Shown piece after piece: positions 61,222 through 64,000 of a stretch of DNA of 64,000 bases. This DNA is from Candidatus Bathyarchaeota archaeon. Lineage in GTDB: Archaea > Thermoproteota > Bathyarchaeia > Bathyarchaeales > Bathycorpusculaceae. The position numbers and the translations under genes are program-made. The DNA is taken from positions 352,001 to 416,000 of the forward strand of contig CAWHVC010000001.1 of the NCBI GenBank assembly GCA_963832745.1, written 5' to 3'. The notes under the pieces were generated by a model that was given only the letters and a program-made list of their open reading frames with translations, had not been told where the DNA came from and searched no databases. How positions within the stretch are numbered: the stretch's first letter is position 1; each line of letters starts with the position of its first letter.

Positions 61222-62004
61222 ATGATAGATAATAAAGGTGAAAGGTGGGGGAATCCAATGACACACTTACAGAGTAACCTTCCACACAATAATATATCTA
61301 ATTCAGATACAAAATATAAACACTATCCTGAAGTCTCCATTTACAACCCAAACAATACAGCCAAAGGACAAATAGCGGAGGACCTAGTTAGAGATACTTT
61401 TACCATCAATGGAATAGCTGTTAAACCTCATGAAATAGATGACGGTGGATGTGATGGCATATTCACTTATGGTAGTGCTATATGCTGTTATGAAGTAAAC
61501 TATTGGAAGCCTAATACTTACTTTAAAGAGGAAAGAGTAGATGGTATTGATTGCAATTTAGTTAATGGATTTAACTATGTTAATAACAACTTTATTCCAA
61601 ATAAGGTTAAACATAAACTGCATATCTGCATAGGCGTTAAAAGAACTAGAGTGCAAATGCAACAAGCTAAAGCGGTAGGAATCAAAGTTATCTATTTTAG
61701 AGAATTACCCTCTAAAGAGGCATTATGGAATAAAATAAACTCCATCCTAGAGAATCCACACCTCAAATTCTACAAGATTAGATGTATAGGCAACAACCAT
61801 CTTAGGAATAATGATGATGGTGCTATACGCTCTTCTGTATGCTCATTAAATAACGCTATATGTTATCCTATCTCAGATACAGAGAAGCAGATACAGCGTA
61901 ATAGTCATAGTTCTGTAATCAAATCATCCATAAAGTGTAGGCTTAAGGGATTTAGGGATAAACTTACTAGAAATATTTCTGATTATTTTGAGGGTGGTAA
62001 CTAG
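61222..62004 (+). CDS. PD-(D/E)xK-fold-like protein of AT-rich element
   Basis: G..AE.LV..., DGGCDGIF, CYEVNYW pattern. Confidence 0.55.
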   Translation: MIDNKGERWGNPMTHLQSNLPHNNISNSDTKYKHYPEVSIYNPNNTAKGQIAEDLVRDTFTINGIAVKPHEIDDGGCDGIFTYGSAICCYEVNYWKPNTYFKEERVDGIDCNLVNGFNYVNNNFIPNKVKHKLHICIGVKRTRVQMQQAKAVGIKVIYFRELPSKEALWNKINSILENPHLKFYKIRCIGNNHLRNNDDGAIRSSVCSLNNAICYPISDTEKQIQRNSHSSVIKSSIKCRLKGFRDKLTRNISDYFEGGN

Positions 62005-62481
62005 ATGGATACTGATAAGGATTCTACTCACGCTTTAGGTGGTTGCTCAGATACAGCGTTATCCAATACAAAGTTATCTAGAATTGAAAGCATAGCAGAA
62101 GGCAGTAGCTTAACCAATAACACCATGAGACTAGTTAACTCCAAAACTCATGTAGATATAGGCTTCAAAGGTAAAGCTGTGCACTCTAGGGTATTAGAAA
62201 CATTATGGCAAATACTATATGAAGGCAAAATGGCTCCCTTTAATGTTGAATGCTACATTTTACCTACTGAACATTTCATAGAAGCATCAAGAATATTTGG
62301 GTTAGATGATAATACAGAATCTTTCACGTTCTGCAAAAGCAATCATTCCAGCGAATATGTAATTCTAGTTAGGGAATCCAACTTTGATGAGGAACTTAAT
62401 GCTCTGAAGAGTGAGCTAGAAATTATTACTCAAGCTAATTGGCTTACTAAAACTGTAGGGAGATTGCGATTATATGAATAA
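62005..62481 (+). CDS. hypothetical protein
   Basis: 158-aa ORF directly after the upstream stop, GAGGGTGG site. Confidence 0.65.
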   Translation: MDTDKDSTHALGGCSDTALSNTKLSRIESIAEGSSLTNNTMRLVNSKTHVDIGFKGKAVHSRVLETLWQILYEGKMAPFNVECYILPTEHFIEASRIFGLDDNTESFTFCKSNHSSEYVILVRESNFDEELNALKSELEIITQANWLTKTVGRLRLYE

Positions 62482-62656
62482 AATAATGATGAAGGAACCT
62501 AGACCTAAAACAGTTATACGCCAATGTGAAGTATGCAAGCAACCAACATTCTTTATCACATTTGAAACTGATGTATGCGATAACTGCCAAGCTAAGCTAG
62601 ATGCTGAGAAACTTAACACTAAATCTAAACATGTATGGTTGAGGTGGTTTAGATGA
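62474..62656 (+). CDS. small zinc-finger protein
   Basis: CEVC...CDNC; overlaps neighbours. Confidence 0.6.
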   Translation: MNKIMMKEPRPKTVIRQCEVCKQPTFFITFETDVCDNCQAKLDAEKLNTKSKHVWLRWFR

Positions 62657-62820
62657 GAGAAACAATAGATACTGACTTTGGACAACAAAGTTATCCAACA
62701 TTCTTTACTGCTAAATGCTCTATCTGTGGATGCCCCACTGTATTTTGTATTGATGATGAATACCTTAGCAAAGATTCTCTAATCTGCTGTGTTTGCGCTA
62801 ATAAGAATAACAAAATCTAA
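62653..62820 (+). CDS. small zinc-finger protein (55 aa, not in ORF track)
   Basis: ATGA overlap, GAGGTGG site, CSICGCP...CCVC. Confidence 0.6.
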   Translation: MRETIDTDFGQQSYPTFFTAKCSICGCPTVFCIDDEYLSKDSLICCVCANKNNKI

Positions 62821-62892
62821 AGCATATACCTCTGCCCGTGATTAATTGAAAATCTTTTAAGCAGGTTACAACAAAAGAACAAATGATTAAAA

Positions 62893-63108
62893 ATGGAATA
62901 CAAAGGATTATTTGGGGCATTTTTGTTAGCTATTGGTGGCACTATTCTCTTTTTGTTATATTACATATTCTTTCAAATGGGTTACTCTCACGTTTATTTT
63001 CCTGCTTATCCAGCACTTGACCCAACCTTTATTGTTTTTAGCTTTGTAGGTTTTTTTGTTGCAGGAATAGGATTATTGTTAATAGTTCAAAGTGCTAAGC
63101 TGAAATAG
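62893..63108 (+). CDS. small membrane protein
   Basis: 71 aa, two TM. Confidence 0.6.
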   Translation: MEYKGLFGAFLLAIGGTILFLLYYIFFQMGYSHVYFPAYPALDPTFIVFSFVGFFVAGIGLLLIVQSAKLK

Positions 63109-63604
63109 AAACAACCACTTCATAGAACCAAAACCTAAAGCATCTATAGCTCAGGCAATTACTTAATTCTAAATTGCCATAAGGTCTAATGTCCCTCCAT
63201 CATGTTTTTTGTTGAATATGAATTAACTACTTTTGCAACTAGCTCTATAGTGATTATCCATACCATCTGATATAGAATCAGAAGGTAAGCTCAATAATCC
63301 AACATTCAATATCCAACATTGCAGACTGTAACCATCAAACATCTCAACAAACTTAGCTCCATAAGAAACTAGTAAGAAACTCTGCACTAAGAAAGAAAAG
63401 TAAACAGTAAGTAAGCGTAGATGTGTATCATAGTTCTATGCTGTAATAAAACTCCATAGGATGCATGAGTTACCAATTAGTTAGGGTATAAAATAGATTT
63501 AGCGTTTGTTTGATATTTTACTGCATATATGCGCTAAGGCTCCAAAATTGTTCTTTAGGGGTCGTTATAAGCTCAATAGACATTCAGGCTCATAGCTGAT
63601 AACT

Positions 63605-63900
63605 ATGAGAATCAAACAATCTAGCTCTAAGATTGAATGCGAAGTATGCAGTAAGTTATCCACAGTACAATTATTCTATAAATCTGATGGAAAACTCAGC
63701 TATGGGCGTTTAGACATTATACAGAGTATAAAGAAGGCAAAGCCAATTACATCTACCACCAACAATCTTTAGATTATCTACAGCAAAAGCTTCTAGCTCA
63801 TGAACTAGAACTAGGTAATAGCACATCCATTGACATGAATAAGCCTAATTCAAGCTTAGAATTAAATAATAAAGAAGTGAATGGCGCCGCTGAAAGGACT
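63605..63900 (+). pseudogene. SSV-type integrase N-terminal fragment reading into tRNA-Asn antisense (frameshift ~63710)
   Basis: CEVC....VQ...YGR/RHY...YH.Q pattern; second frame stays open through the tRNA (NGAAERTRTFDLL). Confidence 0.55.
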
Positions 63901-63958
63901 CGAACCTTTGACCTACTGATTAACAGTCAGTCGCACTACCGAGCTATGCAACAGCGGC
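63882..63958 (-). tRNA. tRNA-Asn (GTT)
   Basis: GCCGCTG acceptor, ACTGA-CTGTTAA-TCAGT, GGTTCGAGTCC, G73, CCA. Confidence 0.97.
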
Positions 63959-64000
63959 AAAGCCTGATTCTAATCCACACTCAATTTCATCAAGGTATTT

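Noticed and set aside
62002-62007. TAG-ATG in-frame junction as amber readthrough
   Set aside because: Downstream gene has its own strong ribosome-binding site; ordinary translational coupling
1-64000. CRISPR array or rRNA genes
   Set aside because: No regularly spaced direct repeats or rRNA-like sequence seen by eye

Overview
Archaeal genomic DNA. Protein style, CCA-encoding tRNAs, an intron-containing tRNA-Trp, a PEF-CTERM-like sorting signal and a split ADP-forming acyl-CoA synthetase fit a TACK archaeon, probably Bathyarchaeia (inferred). About 1-30 kb holds accessory and housekeeping genes: ABC transporters, a CHASE4 histidine kinase, PPOX-family proteins, Bcp, Gnd, a core-MetE-like enzyme, DedA, a Kelch protein, tRNA-Gly and tRNA-Trp. 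At 30.6-35.9 kb are an unannotated 30-aa Asp/Glu/Cys peptide gene, a three-gene operon (SNF2-like helicase, Cys-rich YqhG-like protein, degenerate Mrr-like nuclease) and a tyrosine-integrase pseudogene. 36-49 kb is a urea/ammonia/pH cassette: MFS, ureABC-orfX-ureEFGD, a 47-aa coiled-coil ORF, urea transporter, Amt lacking its C-terminal regulatory region, and CLC-CBS. It is bounded by a ~71-bp degenerate direct repeat and followed by PiT/DUF47 and a mosaic of gene fragments that includes a P-type H+-ATPase remnant. 57.6-64 kb holds degraded integrated-element genes, an att-like tRNA fragment and an AT-rich element ending in an SSV-type integrase N-fragment running into tRNA-Asn. No CRISPR array or rRNA was seen. 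All calls come from reading motifs by eye; no database search was run.
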